Part shown: one piece after another, positions 1 to 11,039 of the stretch | Numbering within the stretch: position 1 is the stretch's first letter | How the letters are laid out: every line of letters starts with the position of its first letter | Assembly (NCBI GenBank): GCA_963666285.1 | Contig: OY762711.1 | Origin: Sedimentisphaerales bacterium | Lineage (GTDB): Bacteria > Planctomycetota > Phycisphaerae > Sedimentisphaerales > SM23-30 | Reading direction: 5' to 3' (one strand) | DNA: 64,000 nucleotides | Translations under genes and position numbers: made by a program | Notes under the pieces: generated by a model | What the model saw: only the letters and a program-made list of their open reading frames with translations | Database searches by the model: none | What the model was told of the DNA's origin: nothing

Positions 1-2423
1 ATATTTACTACTGTATCAAATAGTTTTATTTCGATTTCCTGCCCGGCCAGAGCACCAAAGCCGTAGTAATCAGAGGCGTCATAAACAATAGACTCACATT
101 CTCCTATTACCCTGATGAGACCGTCAGAGGTCGTACCGAGAAACTGAGCTGACTCAGGCGTATCATTTGTTATGATATAATCAAGAGAACCGGAATAGAA
201 GTCAACTGCACCTTGTGTATTCGTTCCCGATTTACGTTCTATTTCACGATATGTATTATAATACTGGATATCAGGGTTTTCTGTATCAGTTGCATCACTA
301 TACAAATATTCAAAAACACCCGGAAACGAAGCTACATCATCATAACCCCAAACTCGTATAGGCAGCCCCCAGTCTTCATTACTCTGGAATGAACCCATCT
401 GACCGAGAACTTCAAGAACCGTAGTTGTTGTATCGTAGATATAGCCCTGGCCGTAGTCATAATAGATTGCATTTAAGGCTGGCTGCCAGGATTCATCACT
501 TTCATTGATACCGCCGGCCTGTGTTCCAACAGCAAGGTTTTGCAGGTCGCCATTAACAACAAATTCATTTGTCCCCAGAAACCCAGCATAAAATGTACCG
601 ATACTACCATCCCTGACAACTACATCGCCAAATACGGGACCGGCAATACTAATCATTCCTACATCGTTTCCCTCTTCTACAACAATACCGGGGCGAATTT
701 CGCCATTTTCCCAGACTCCGGAATAAGAATCATCAGGAGCAGGAATTGTCTGAGATGGATCCAGGTAGAAAGTAACACCATCAAACCAAATTTCTTGATC
801 ATGATATACAGGGTAAGTGCCTATCGCCGCACCTCCGGCAAGCGAAGGAGTTTCTACGGCCACAATATCTTCATCAGTATAAAGGTAGGAAGATGTTCCG
901 TCCTGAGGAGTATAAACAATAACTCCATTTTCTATAACATAACGGGTTAGGGTAATATAAACATCTGCAGTACTCTGCTTGACATACAGCTGGTAGATAT
1001 CTACAGGAAGTCCTTCAAAACCTTGATCAGTTTGAATTAAACCATCAAAAATCATCTCGTAGGTATTTAAACCAGCAAAGGTCTCTGTTGAATAAGCAGC
1101 CTGAATTACATCATTATATGTCAATGATTCAAGAAACCTGTCTGGAGGATCGTCTGGGATCTCATCATGCTGGCCCATTTCTGTGACATCAGTATATTGA
1201 AAACCAACCTGAACACCCGGAATTGTAACCCCAAATTCGACTACAACAATTTTTCCATCCGAGCGATCTCCATTATCGCCAACTTTATATTGGGTCGCAA
1301 AGAGGTCGGTATCGCCATCATGATCGAAGTCGCAATATGCCATACCGGTAACCCAGATTTCATTATCGCGATCTTCATCATATGTCGACATAATCTCGGT
1401 ATCAAGCGACCGATTACCTGTAAACTGATTTTCACCAACACTCAAGGTCAGAAACCGATATGAAGTGGAATCATAGGCGAGAAAAACCGGTTCCGTGGTA
1501 TTGTCACTGTCATTATGATTTTCTTCACTAAAAACAATAGAAGTGATATTTGGGTTCAGAGCTTCGCCCGTATCATCGTCATTATCATAGCTTCGGATAG
1601 CACTGGCAGTATAGCTGCTGGTACCATTAACTTCACCTACCGGCTCTGCTTCACCAGAAAGGGGGTCTATCGTAATAAGCACAGCTCCTTCACCGGTAAC
1701 AACACCGTTTTCATTTACCCATGGGCCTTGAACTACAGCATAAATAACTTCTTTAAAAACCGTGTCGTCATAGAAGCCATCGCCATCTGTATCAATGTCA
1801 ACATCAGCCCAGGCGAAATCAGCAGATTCAAAACCTGAGAATGTAATTGATTGCGCAAATGGGTTGTTCGTATCGCGTACCTGACCGATATAAGTAGTAG
1901 AAAAATCGCCTGTTGTATCCATCCGGTATAAATAACCATTGGTGGTGATACCGAAAGTATTACCAACAGAATCGGTAGCAGTAGCATGGAAATCCAGTCC
2001 ACTGGCAGCAATCGGGTCGATTATCTCACCGTCATTTAAACCACCATCCAGCTCACCGGTTGTACCGTCAGGCAATATATAGTCTCCAGGAATACCGACA
2101 GGATCACCATATATGTCAACACCCAAAATTTCTATAATTACATCCTGCTCTGGCCCCATGCCGCTAAGAGTGCCTATTCGCAACTCATTATAGGCATCTT
2201 CACCATGTTCTGGATCGGCATAACGGTAAATATACTCGCCCTGCTCGCCTTTCGGCAGAACCAACGTGGTAAGTAGCACGCGGTTTTCCAGCGGTTCAAG
2301 AGATAAATTACTATTTTGCAGAGATTTATACCCCTGTTTTTCCCTGGTGCGGCTCAAAAGAGCTGAAAACAGGTTATTTGCTTTTTCGATACTTCTGCGG
2401 CTTCTACGAATCAATCGCTTCAC
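1..2423 (-). CDS. Large acidic secreted/surface protein with LEPR-xLL (planctomycete extracellular) leader; 3' end runs off the window (>800 aa)
   Basis: Translated by hand: GTG at 2423 with AAGGAG at 2430-2435, then MKRLIRRSRRSIEKANNLFSALLSRTREKQGYKSLQNSNLSLEPLENRVLLTT, followed by D/E/G/T-rich sequence. The same frame is still open at the window edge (...QEIEIKLFDTVVN). Absent from the ORF track because it has no in-window stop. Confidence 0.88.
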   Translation of the reverse strand, partial: MKRLIRRSRRSIEKANNLFSALLSRTREKQGYKSLQNSNLSLEPLENRVLLTTLVLPKGEQGEYIYRYADPEHGEDAYNELRIGTLSGMGPEQDVIIEILGVDIYGDPVGIPGDYILPDGTTGELDGGLNDGEIIDPIAASGLDFHATATDSVGNTFGITTNGYLYRMDTTGDFSTTYIGQVRDTNNPFAQSITFSGFESADFAWADVDIDTDGDGFYDDTVFKEVIYAVVQGPWVNENGVVTGEGAVLITIDPLSGEAEPVGEVNGTSSYTASAIRSYDNDDDTGEALNPNITSIVFSEENHNDSDNTTEPVFLAYDSTSYRFLTLSVGENQFTGNRSLDTEIMSTYDEDRDNEIWVTGMAYCDFDHDGDTDLFATQYKVGDNGDRSDGKIVVVEFGVTIPGVQVGFQYTDVTEMGQHDEIPDDPPDRFLESLTYNDVIQAAYSTETFAGLNTYEMIFDGLIQTDQGFEGLPVDIYQLYVKQSTADVYITLTRYVIENGVIVYTPQDGTSSYLYTDEDIVAVETPSLAGGAAIGTYPVYHDQEIWFDGVTFYLDPSQTIPAPDDSYSGVWENGEIRPGIVVEEGNDVGMISIAGPVFGDVVVRDGSIGTFYAGFLGTNEFVVNGDLQNLAVGTQAGGINESDESWQPALNAIYYDYGQGYIYDTTTTVLEVLGQMGSFQSNEDWGLPIRVWGYDDVASFPGVFEYLYSDATDTENPDIQYYNTYREIERKSGTNTQGAVDFYSGSLDYIITNDTPESAQFLGTTSDGLIRVIGECESIVYDASDYYGFGALAGQEIEIKLFDTVVN

Positions 2424-2525
2424 AGTTAACTCCTTGCTGGATAATAAGGTTCCACGTCAAAAGTCACATAGTGGCAGGCTTTATGGCAGGCAAGAATACA
2501 GGGCGGCCATAATAATAACTTTTTG

Positions 2526-2541
2526 TGCAAAAAGTACGCCT
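2526..2541 (-). promoter_or_regulatory. Possible sigma54 (-24/-12) promoter for the LEPR-xLL gene
   Basis: Minus strand AGGCGTACTTTTTGCA has GG-N10-GC spacing and ends TTGCA, about 100 nt upstream of the GTG start. Confidence 0.35.
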
Positions 2542-2905
2542 AAATTTCTGCTGACCGGTGGTTGCCACCGGCACGGTCCCCTGTACTTATAATTACTCTA
2601 TTATTAAGGTTTTATTCTCTAATAAAGCTTCAGATTTGTCAACAAAAAAATAGAAGGGCCCGCCAAATAAAATACGCCGATAAGGTTTTTATTCACAACA
2701 GCTTACAAGCTGGGCCGTCCTTAATCACACCAATAATAAGTTCTTTATTAATTATTAGCCGTTAATCGAGTAATACCAGAAAAATAAACAGATATTAGTA
2801 CTATTATTTGAAGTATTTAAAAATAAACATCGAGTTAGGTGGGCCCAGAATCGTTCGTATTAGCACATATATTACTGAAAAAAACAGTAAAATAACCAGG
2901 TATTA

Positions 2906-4084
2906 TCAATGCTGATATGCTGCCTCTGAGATTTCAGCAAGTGCCCTGACGGCAACAGAAGCATCCTCAACTGTATTAAAAGGACCACCACTAAATCTGG
3001 TAGTACCACCCCGTTCAAATGAACCTATAGCCTGATGAGCATAAGGCGCACAATGCAGCCCCGGCCTGGTTAGCAACCCATAATCTTTTTCAAGCTTCTT
3101 TGCAAGTTCGACAGGAGTGTAACCATCTACAGAGACAGAAAAAACACTCACTCGCTGCTCCAGGTTTCGCGGGCCATAGACCGTCAAGCCGTCAACCGAA
3201 TCGGCCAGGGTAAGAAATTCGCGACATACTTCCATGTCATGTTCCCGAAGCTGATCTACTCCATGATCCAGAATCCAAGAGACACCTTCGCTAAGTGCTG
3301 CTATACCAAGGGCATTATGGCTGCCTGCCTCAAATTTATCAGGCATCTCCTCCGGCTGAAACGGGTCCTCGCTTCTGCTACCGGTACCGCCCTCTTTTAA
3401 CGGGCGAAGTACACTTTCCATTCCTGGCCGAATATACAAAGCACCTGTACCAAGCGGCCCCAACAAACCTTTATGGCCGGGAAATGCCAGGAAATCAACA
3501 TTCATTTCGTCAACATTTATCGGGTAGTGACCGATGGTTTGAGCTGCATCTACAAGATAAGGAATATCATGCTCTTTTGCAATAACGCCAATTGTGTTGA
3601 CATCCTGAACACTACCGCAAACATTACTGCCATGCACACAGGCAATAAGAGCAGTATCCGGCCTGATCGCCTTTCGGACATCATCCGGATCACACATGCC
3701 ATACCGGTCAGCCTTAATATATGTAACATCAATATCAAGCTGCTCAGACAACGCATACAATGGCCGAAGAACAGAATTATGATCCATGGCGGTAGTGATG
3801 ACATGCGAGCCTGGTTTTGTCACAATTCCTTTAATAACAAGAGCTAATCCATCAGTACAATTAAATGTCATGATAATATTCTGACTATGTGTACTACCTA
3901 TCAGGCTGGCAATTCGTTCCCTGCACTTCTGGATTACCACCCCTGAAGACATAGCTTCGGCATAAGCACCCCTTCCGGCGGAAGCACCTATATGACGGCT
4001 GTAATGATCCAAGGCCTTCCATACTGATTCTGGTTTTGGAAAACTGGTTGCTGCATTGTCAAAATATATCCTTTGGCTCATCAA
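2906..4084 (-). CDS. Cysteine desulfurase family protein (PLP-dependent aminotransferase class V)
   Basis: YFDNAATS, VDAAQT, FPGHKGLLGP (PLP Lys), RPGLHCAP (catalytic Cys). Confidence 0.9.
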   Translation of the reverse strand: MMSQRIYFDNAATSFPKPESVWKALDHYSRHIGASAGRGAYAEAMSSGVVIQKCRERIASLIGSTHSQNIIMTFNCTDGLALVIKGIVTKPGSHVITTAMDHNSVLRPLYALSEQLDIDVTYIKADRYGMCDPDDVRKAIRPDTALIACVHGSNVCGSVQDVNTIGVIAKEHDIPYLVDAAQTIGHYPINVDEMNVDFLAFPGHKGLLGPLGTGALYIRPGMESVLRPLKEGGTGSRSEDPFQPEEMPDKFEAGSHNALGIAALSEGVSWILDHGVDQLREHDMEVCREFLTLADSVDGLTVYGPRNLEQRVSVFSVSVDGYTPVELAKKLEKDYGLLTRPGLHCAPYAHQAIGSFERGGTTRFSGGPFNTVEDASVAVRALAEISEAAYQH

Positions 4085-4330
4085 TCTATAAAGCTCCTGT
4101 TTCTTTAGCTGGCTTTCTACTCCTATATTTACGTCACAAACAATTGATTTTATAAGAATTCATAAGAAAAATAAAGGATTTGATTGGAAACGAATAAAAA
4201 TGAGAACTGCAAAGTCGATATAATCACGCAATTATTCGCTTTTTTATGAAAAATTGCTGGCATAACATCTAATAATCACATAAAATACTGAACTCCAATG
4301 AAAAAAACATTGGGATTTACCCAAATATCA

Positions 4331-4403
<73 letters not shown>

Positions 4404-4409
4404 TTAAAT

Positions 4410-4448
4410 AAAGCTTGTAATAGAATATATTACAAGCTTTTTGTTTTT
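4410..4448 (+). terminator. Intrinsic terminator after tRNA-Ala (probably bidirectional)
   Basis: AAAGCTTGTAATA-gaata-TATTACAAGCTTT followed by a T-run. Confidence 0.75.
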
Positions 4449-4624
4449 ACATTATCAGAATATAATAGAAACTTGGTGATAAACAGCCTTGATCCAAATA
4501 ATACTTTTACCGGCATATCATGTTATATTTCCCGGCCAGAAGACTTCTGCAATACTACTTTGTAAAGTTCTTACATCATTTCATCCTTCCGATCTATACA
4601 CGGTTTTATAGTGCATTATGAATT

Positions 4625-5929
4625 TTACTTTCCAACTTTGACACATAACATTCGTTTTTGGTCTCTAATAAGCAGTTTGCCATCAGACAATGCTATCGGA
4701 GCCCAGTTCTGGTTGGAGCCGCCAAATCTTGTCATACGATTCTCATCATTTACCCCACCCTCTGCAAGTAAGGCAGCTGAGGCCAGTGGCTTAAAGCCGG
4801 AAGGGTCCGGCTCAATAAGATACAGTGTTTTAACACCATCAGTAGCCAGAATCAGTCCATCAGCTAAAATAATACTGCCCTTGGTGAATTCCGGCGAACG
4901 ATTAGTTTTCCACATTATTTTGCCATCCATATTCATACATACCATGCCATCATGACGGCTGTTAGTTCCATATTCGGCATAAAAATGGCACTTATATAAT
5001 AATGGAGTTTTAGTCTGGTCGCCAAATTCCTCAGTTCTAAACAGTTCTGTTGTGCCGTATTTGCCATCCGCTGTCTTTTCTACCTTGATCATCAGAGCCC
5101 CGAGTTCGTATCCGCCAACGATAAGTACCTTGTTGTCACCGGCATCAACGGCGCTTGAAACAGGGATATGACAATGCCAGTTATTAAACTGCCATATAAT
5201 GTCACCTGAAAGCGGATTAATACCTACAACCTTGCCCATGTCGCCACCTCTTCGGCCCGAAGCCGTTATCATAACAACATGGTCGTTACCGTCAATTTGA
5301 ACTATAGACGGGCTAACATATCCAGCATTACCTAATGATGGAGTTTTCCATTTCACATCACCTGTGAGCTTATCATAAGCAATTACACCGGCATCTGGAG
5401 CTTGAGAGGCAATAATAAGCAGATCACCATATATTAGCGGACTTTGGGTGATAGCCCAGGTTGGTATTCTCTGACCACCGAAATCTGTCCATATATTCTT
5501 ATTCCACACAGACTTGTGTGTATTTATATCAATACAATAAAGATCTCCGTAAGGACCACAGGAATACACATGCTTATCATCAACGATCGGTACACTTCGA
5601 GAGCCCGGAAAGCTTACTGAGCCGGGCGCCTTGTATTCAAGACTCCAAAGCTCTTTACCATTTGAAAGGCCAAGGCATCTCATATTGTCACCGACCTTGT
5701 CATCTCTATCGAGCAGATAAACTTTGCCATCTTTTATGACCGGACCACCATAACCAATGCCAACATTTACAGCCCAGAGCACTTCCGGACCACTTTCCGG
5801 CCAGGATCGCAAAATCCCTTGCTCCGGAGATATTGAATCCCTATTGGGACCAAGATATTGCGGCCAGTCTGCTAGACTAATACTTGCAAATAGCATTAGA
5901 GTTAATATAATCATGAATTTAAACTTCAT
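4625..5929 (-). CDS. Secreted PQQ-like/BamB-type beta-propeller protein
   Basis: Signal peptide MKFKFMIILTL..SLA, then DWPQYLGPNR and repeated G..W blades. Start moved to ATG 5929, which has an AGGAG RBS. Confidence 0.85.
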   Translation of the reverse strand: MKFKFMIILTLMLFASISLADWPQYLGPNRDSISPEQGILRSWPESGPEVLWAVNVGIGYGGPVIKDGKVYLLDRDDKVGDNMRCLGLSNGKELWSLEYKAPGSVSFPGSRSVPIVDDKHVYSCGPYGDLYCIDINTHKSVWNKNIWTDFGGQRIPTWAITQSPLIYGDLLIIASQAPDAGVIAYDKLTGDVKWKTPSLGNAGYVSPSIVQIDGNDHVVMITASGRRGGDMGKVVGINPLSGDIIWQFNNWHCHIPVSSAVDAGDNKVLIVGGYELGALMIKVEKTADGKYGTTELFRTEEFGDQTKTPLLYKCHFYAEYGTNSRHDGMVCMNMDGKIMWKTNRSPEFTKGSIILADGLILATDGVKTLYLIEPDPSGFKPLASAALLAEGGVNDENRMTRFGGSNQNWAPIALSDGKLLIRDQKRMLCVKVGK

Positions 5930-6005
5930 TTGACGCTCCTTCTTAATATCAATCTTAATACCATCAGCTATAACACTGAAAATCAAGCCATTGTTAAAAA
6001 TTTAA

Positions 6006-7196
6006 TTATAAAGCAGCTTTGAGCACATTGACAATATCGGCTTCCGTCATTGGCGGCAATGCCGGCAGATTGCCCTTGCCATCGTTAATTATACGCAAAG
6101 TTTCTTTAGCATAAGTTACAATCTTTTCATCGGTGATATCCAGCTCTGAAAAATGCGTAGGACAGCCAATTTGCCTTAAAAACTCTTCAAATTTATCTAT
6201 GCCGGCCATAGCACAATCAATATCATCCGGCCCTTTGGCTTCCAAACCAAAAATTCGTTCGGCAAACTGCACGAATTTAGCGGTATTGCTCTTCGCTGCA
6301 AAACGCATCCAGGAAGGATTGATAATTGCCAGGCCTGCGGCATGAGTAATATCATGAAATGCTGAAACCGTGTGTTCTATCATATGAACCGGAAAGCCGG
6401 CACTGCCAGACCCGGAGCCAATCCAGCCATTTAACGCTACTATTGAAGCCCATTGCACCTGGGACCGGGCTTCCAGGTCTTCACCGTTATCGATTGCTCT
6501 CACTCCATATTCCATTGCAGCTAAAATAGCCCCTTCTGCAAAACGGTCCTGAATCGGAGTATTGTCAGAACTATTAAGATATGATTCGGTAATATGTGTA
6601 ATAATATCACAAACTCCATAGGCGGTTTGATTTTTGGGCACACTCACTGTAAGTTCCGGGTCCACAACTGCTACTTTAGGATAAAGACAACCTGTACTCA
6701 TAAATGATTTTTCAGTTGTTTCCTCGTTAGAGATTACAGCGCCGCAATTCATTTCTGAACCAGTCGCGGCCAGGGTAGGAACGGTAATTATAGGTAACGC
6801 CGCAGTAGGCACATGCACTTTTTTCTGGCCATGGTATATCATGTCCCAGGGATCACCATCATATAATGCAGCGGCTGCTATAGCCTTTGAAGCATCCATT
6901 GTACTGCCTCCGCCAAGTGCAACAACCATGTCACATTTATTCTCACGTGCAATTGCCGCGCCGCGTCGAACAGATGAAATCTTAGGATTAGGTTCGACTC
7001 CATCACATTCAAATACTGCAATTCCGGCATTAGAAAGACTTTTAGCAAGTCGGTCGAATGTGCCATTACGCTTGACGCTGCCGCCACCGGTTACAACCAG
7101 GGCACTTTTGCCAAATTTGCTTGCCGCTTCACCAATTCGTTCCAAAGAACCGGCACCAAAAATTAAATGTGTTGGATTGTAATATTCAAAATTCAT
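6006..7196 (-). CDS. Iron-containing alcohol dehydrogenase (butanol dehydrogenase-like)
   Basis: NPTHLIFG, GGGSTMD, PTLAATGSE, and His ligands HxxEH / HAAGL. Confidence 0.9.
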   Translation of the reverse strand: MNFEYYNPTHLIFGAGSLERIGEAASKFGKSALVVTGGGSVKRNGTFDRLAKSLSNAGIAVFECDGVEPNPKISSVRRGAAIARENKCDMVVALGGGSTMDASKAIAAAALYDGDPWDMIYHGQKKVHVPTAALPIITVPTLAATGSEMNCGAVISNEETTEKSFMSTGCLYPKVAVVDPELTVSVPKNQTAYGVCDIITHITESYLNSSDNTPIQDRFAEGAILAAMEYGVRAIDNGEDLEARSQVQWASIVALNGWIGSGSGSAGFPVHMIEHTVSAFHDITHAAGLAIINPSWMRFAAKSNTAKFVQFAERIFGLEAKGPDDIDCAMAGIDKFEEFLRQIGCPTHFSELDITDEKIVTYAKETLRIINDGKGNLPALPPMTEADIVNVLKAAL

Positions 7197-7231
7197 AATT
7201 ATCATCTCCATTAAAATATATTTCATTATAA

Positions 7232-8266
7232 TTAATTATTCGTAGCCGCTTCATATTCAGCATCAGTTACAGGGCCAATCCATACAACATCATTTTCGCT
7301 CATCTTCGGCGTCATGCCGACATGTACAAATTCAGAATCAGGAGCAGCTCCATGCCAATGCTCAACAGCGGCAGGTATATTAACAACATCGCCAGGCGAA
7401 AGAAGTTGAGCCTCTTTTCCCCGTTCCTGGTAATAACCAAATCCGACAGTACACAGAAGAATCTGGCCAACATCATGTTTATGCCAATAAGTGCGGGCGG
7501 CCGGTCCAAACGTAACATTATAAACAGAAATATCACATTCTTTGTTATTTGTCAGGAACGCAAGCCATGCTTTGCCGGTAAAATTGTCATCCAGTTCTAT
7601 ATCTTTGGGAAATACATCCGGCAAATGTTCACTTCTGACTAACAACAAAATAGCACTTATCTGCTCATCCGTTAAACCATTGTTTTGACCTATTACTATA
7701 TGAGCATTTAGCTGACTCTCAACCCCGCCCATTGCCGCAAGCGCCGCAATGGTTGCCAGCTCTCGAGTCCGCCAGTCAAGAGTATCTCTGGCAAAGATAT
7801 CACCAAACAGATGCGACTTTAAATACTCATCAATTGCCGGGGCGAAATCAAATAGTTCACCTTTAACAGGAAAGCCGCATAGCTCTGTCTGATTTGCCGT
7901 GCCAAAATCGATACTTTTTCCCTCTGGCAGTGGGCCGGGGATCTCTCCTTCAGTATCAACAATGCCCTTTGCCTGGCGATCTTTCAATAATTCCATAAAA
8001 TTCTGCAATGCATTCAGGCTTCGAGGAAATCCACAGTATGTATATAACTGGGTAAGTACTTCTTTAATTTCGGAAACCGTTAGTCCGGCTTCCAATCCTT
8101 CGGCCAGGGCAGCATTAAGTTTTGCCATATCACCTCTTGCCGTATACATACTTATTGTTACTATCGTATTTTCTTTAACCGTAAGGTAATTCATTGTTTG
8201 TTTCTCCGCATAACTAATATCCCCCAATAAAAAGAGAATAATTATATAAATAATACTGTATTTCAT
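7232..8266 (-). CDS. Carboxymuconolactone decarboxylase-like + cupin fusion protein, with possible signal peptide
   Basis: YCGFPRSLNAL and LFGDIFARDTLD (CMD repeats); RTYWHKH..GQIL..EHWHGA (cupin); hydrophobic N-terminus. Confidence 0.8.
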   Translation of the reverse strand: MKYSIIYIIILFLLGDISYAEKQTMNYLTVKENTIVTISMYTARGDMAKLNAALAEGLEAGLTVSEIKEVLTQLYTYCGFPRSLNALQNFMELLKDRQAKGIVDTEGEIPGPLPEGKSIDFGTANQTELCGFPVKGELFDFAPAIDEYLKSHLFGDIFARDTLDWRTRELATIAALAAMGGVESQLNAHIVIGQNNGLTDEQISAILLLVRSEHLPDVFPKDIELDDNFTGKAWLAFLTNNKECDISVYNVTFGPAARTYWHKHDVGQILLCTVGFGYYQERGKEAQLLSPGDVVNIPAAVEHWHGAAPDSEFVHVGMTPKMSENDVVWIGPVTDAEYEAATNN

Positions 8267-8274
8267 GTCCTGAC

Positions 8275-8802
8275 CTATATATTTGTTGTTTTGTTTATAT
8301 CGATCCATTCTTTCAATTTAGTTTTATTATCACTCCGTCCGGAGCCATACAAAGCAATTGCCTGCCCAAAAATTGAACCCGGACACGCTTGCTGTATATC
8401 ATTTTCACAACGAGCCATTCCCCCTCCGCCATGAGTAATAAATGGGATAACTTTTTTCCCCTTCAAATCATGACTCACAAGAAAACTTAAAACCGGCGGC
8501 GCCATTGTATGCCACCAGTTTGGTGTACCAATATAAATAACCTCGTATTTACCAATATCTTTCAGCATACCTTCCAACTCCGGCTTAAAGTGATCAGCAC
8601 ATTCTTTTTTAGCTTGAGTCACACAGTCATTATATCCATCTGGATATGCTTTGACGGGCTTGATCTCAAAAACATTACCATTCGTAAGTTTCTCGATTTC
8701 TTCTGCCGCGAGCCTGGTATTACCGCTATGGGAAAAATAGGCTATCAATACTCCATTTTGCTTCACATCTGACAATTTATTTTCACTTGCTTTGAAATCC
8801 AT
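8275..8802 (-). CDS. Flavodoxin
   Basis: IAYFSHSGNT, GTPNWW, PFITHGGGG. Confidence 0.88.
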   Translation of the reverse strand: MDFKASENKLSDVKQNGVLIAYFSHSGNTRLAAEEIEKLTNGNVFEIKPVKAYPDGYNDCVTQAKKECADHFKPELEGMLKDIGKYEVIYIGTPNWWHTMAPPVLSFLVSHDLKGKKVIPFITHGGGGMARCENDIQQACPGSIFGQAIALYGSGRSDNKTKLKEWIDINKTTNI

Positions 8803-8994
8803 TATGTCTTTTCCTTATTATAAGTACCCATATCTTCTATTATCTCACCTCATAAGTAGTATACGATATTAGAGCGGTAAAGTGGTATAACGATCCTATC
8901 TATTTCTTGCCTAAAAATACGAGGAAATGTATTTTTCTTGGTAAAATCAATAATTGATTATATAATTCATTAGAAAGGTTATAGGAGATTAAAC

Positions 8995-9927
8995 ATGGCA
9001 AACAACGAAAAACAAAGCACTTACAAAAAAAATAGTAACATCGACCACTATTTGGAGCTAAAAAACTTAATTGCACAATTAACCAGCAAAGGCGAATTAC
9101 ACACTACCTTAATACCGGAACTCTCATTATTTCGCCGAGACGAGCCAACCCAGATGGTTGCCAGCTTGTACGAACCGAGCATATGCCTGGTGATCCAGGG
9201 AGCAAAACGAGTATTCCTGGGAGATGAAACATATGAGTACAACACCTCCCGCTACTTGATAACCTCAGTAAATCTGCCCGCCACTGTACAGGTCATCGAA
9301 GCCAGCCCGGAAAAACCGTATCTCGGTCTAAAACTAAATCTTAACAGACATGAAATATCAAAGATGATGGTTAACTGCAACCTGCCTTCGCCGAAAGAAC
9401 AGAAGTCAAACCGCGGCATGGCAACCGGCGAATTAACACTCCCGCTACTGACATCTTTCCAAAGACTGGTTGACCTGCTGAACCATCCTGACGATATACC
9501 TATCCTCTCTCCATTGATCCAGAAAGAAATTATTTATCGCCTGCTGACCGGTGAACAAGGCACACGCCTGCGTCAGATCGCATCTGCCGGCAGCCAGAGC
9601 CATCATATGGCCACAGTTATCGATTGGCTCAATGACAATTTTAAGAAACAGATCACTATCGATGAATTAACAGACAAAGCGTGTATGAGCACATCAACCT
9701 TCCACCATCATTTCAAATCTATTACCGCTATGAGCCCACTGCAGTATATAAAAACATTAAGACTGCATGAAGCTCGCAGGTTAATGCTTATGGAGGATAT
9801 TGATGCCGCACACGCATCATTTCATGTAGGATATGACAGCCCTTCGCAGTTCAGCCGGGAATATAAACGACAGTTCGGCGAATCTCCGCAAAAAGACATT
9901 AAAAACCTCAGCAAGGAATTTAACTAG
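8995..9927 (+). CDS. AraC family transcriptional regulator (YqhC-like), divergent from the flavodoxin/ADH operon
   Basis: YEPSICLVIQGAK N-terminal domain; C-terminal HTH SPLQYIKTLRLHEAR..VGYDSPSQFSREYKR. Confidence 0.92.
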   Translation: MANNEKQSTYKKNSNIDHYLELKNLIAQLTSKGELHTTLIPELSLFRRDEPTQMVASLYEPSICLVIQGAKRVFLGDETYEYNTSRYLITSVNLPATVQVIEASPEKPYLGLKLNLNRHEISKMMVNCNLPSPKEQKSNRGMATGELTLPLLTSFQRLVDLLNHPDDIPILSPLIQKEIIYRLLTGEQGTRLRQIASAGSQSHHMATVIDWLNDNFKKQITIDELTDKACMSTSTFHHHFKSITAMSPLQYIKTLRLHEARRLMLMEDIDAAHASFHVGYDSPSQFSREYKRQFGESPQKDIKNLSKEFN

Positions 9928-9976
9928 ACCTCTTTCCGATTATACTGATACTGAAATTACATTGTTGCAGCCAATA

Positions 9977-10002
9977 ACATTCCCAGGCATGCATTATATT
10001 TG
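9977..10002. repeat. 26-bp direct repeat, identical copy at 24291-24316
   Basis: ACATTCCCAGGCATGCATTATATTTG at both positions, each at the edge of a gene module. Confidence 0.85.
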
Positions 10003-10033
10003 AATAAACTCAACGGTTAACATAAGCATAAAA

Positions 10034-11038
10034 TCACCGAGGTTCAATATACTTAATCAACTCTTCACATTTTGCATTACTAAAATCTAAATTACTGCTA
10101 ATTGAATATAAAGCATATAGTGACGGGTCAGTGAATGGCTTTTTCAAATCCAAAATATTCGACATGGTCGATATAATCCAACCACAAAGTATCCCCACCC
10201 ACATAGGCAAATAAATAGTTCTAAAATGTTTCTCAGGCATATACCGCTTCGCTATCATACGATAATAACCATCTATACTTACATTCTCCGACTCCAACAC
10301 ATTAAAGGCCTGACCATTGGCCTGGCAAAGCGAAACAGCAGCAAATATTGCTCGGGCTAGATAATCAACATGCACCAACGGCCAGCGATTTTTCCCTTTC
10401 CATTTACCAAAATGCAATATAATAGGACTTTTTCTAAGAAAATCAACCGTACGTTTGGTTAATGTTGGATCATCATCACCCCAAACCGCAGCAGGACGAA
10501 CTATACAATACTTATCCTTCGGCATATGTAATTCTATCCATTTTTCAGCAAGTATCTTATACTTCGGGTAAAAATTCTTCGCCTTATCATCAAAAGCAAG
10601 CTCTGACTCACCTTCTCCCGAAAAATCCCGCATGCCGTACACATCAGTTGTCGATATAAAGACAAACTTACCAACCTCGTTTTCCAGGCAGATTTTTACT
10701 AAATGCTGAATTGACTCATAGTTGGTTTTTCGAAAATGCACTTCCCTACCAACATCAGATGCACGCCCGGCACAATGCACAATTGCAGTTAACGGAACAT
10801 TAGCATCAGTCATACATTTTACAACCACTTCATGCATTGAATCATAGCTGCAAATGTCGCCAGACAATAAACTGACATTCCCTTTTCTTTCTAATCCATC
10901 AAGCCAGTCTGGAATATGCTGATGCGTTAACGCGTATACATACCAGCCGCGTTTAACAAACTCCAAAACAGCATGAGAACCAATAAAACCACCGGCACCA
11001 GTTACAAGCACAACCTTATCAGAACGTCTTCCAATCAC
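10034..11038 (-). CDS. Extended SDR, NAD-dependent epimerase/3-beta-HSD-like reductase
   Basis: VLVTGAGGFIG, HCAG, STTDVYG, YPKYK (YxxxK). Confidence 0.85.
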   Translation of the reverse strand: MIGRRSDKVVLVTGAGGFIGSHAVLEFVKRGWYVYALTHQHIPDWLDGLERKGNVSLLSGDICSYDSMHEVVVKCMTDANVPLTAIVHCAGRASDVGREVHFRKTNYESIQHLVKICLENEVGKFVFISTTDVYGMRDFSGEGESELAFDDKAKNFYPKYKILAEKWIELHMPKDKYCIVRPAAVWGDDDPTLTKRTVDFLRKSPIILHFGKWKGKNRWPLVHVDYLARAIFAAVSLCQANGQAFNVLESENVSIDGYYRMIAKRYMPEKHFRTIYLPMWVGILCGWIISTMSNILDLKKPFTDPSLYALYSISSNLDFSNAKCEELIKYIEPR

Positions 11039-11039
11039 T

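Noticed and set aside
540..2765. Short ORFs listed in the track in this interval
   Set aside because: They are mostly shadows of the long minus-strand LEPR-xLL gene or lie in its promoter region, and show no protein motifs.
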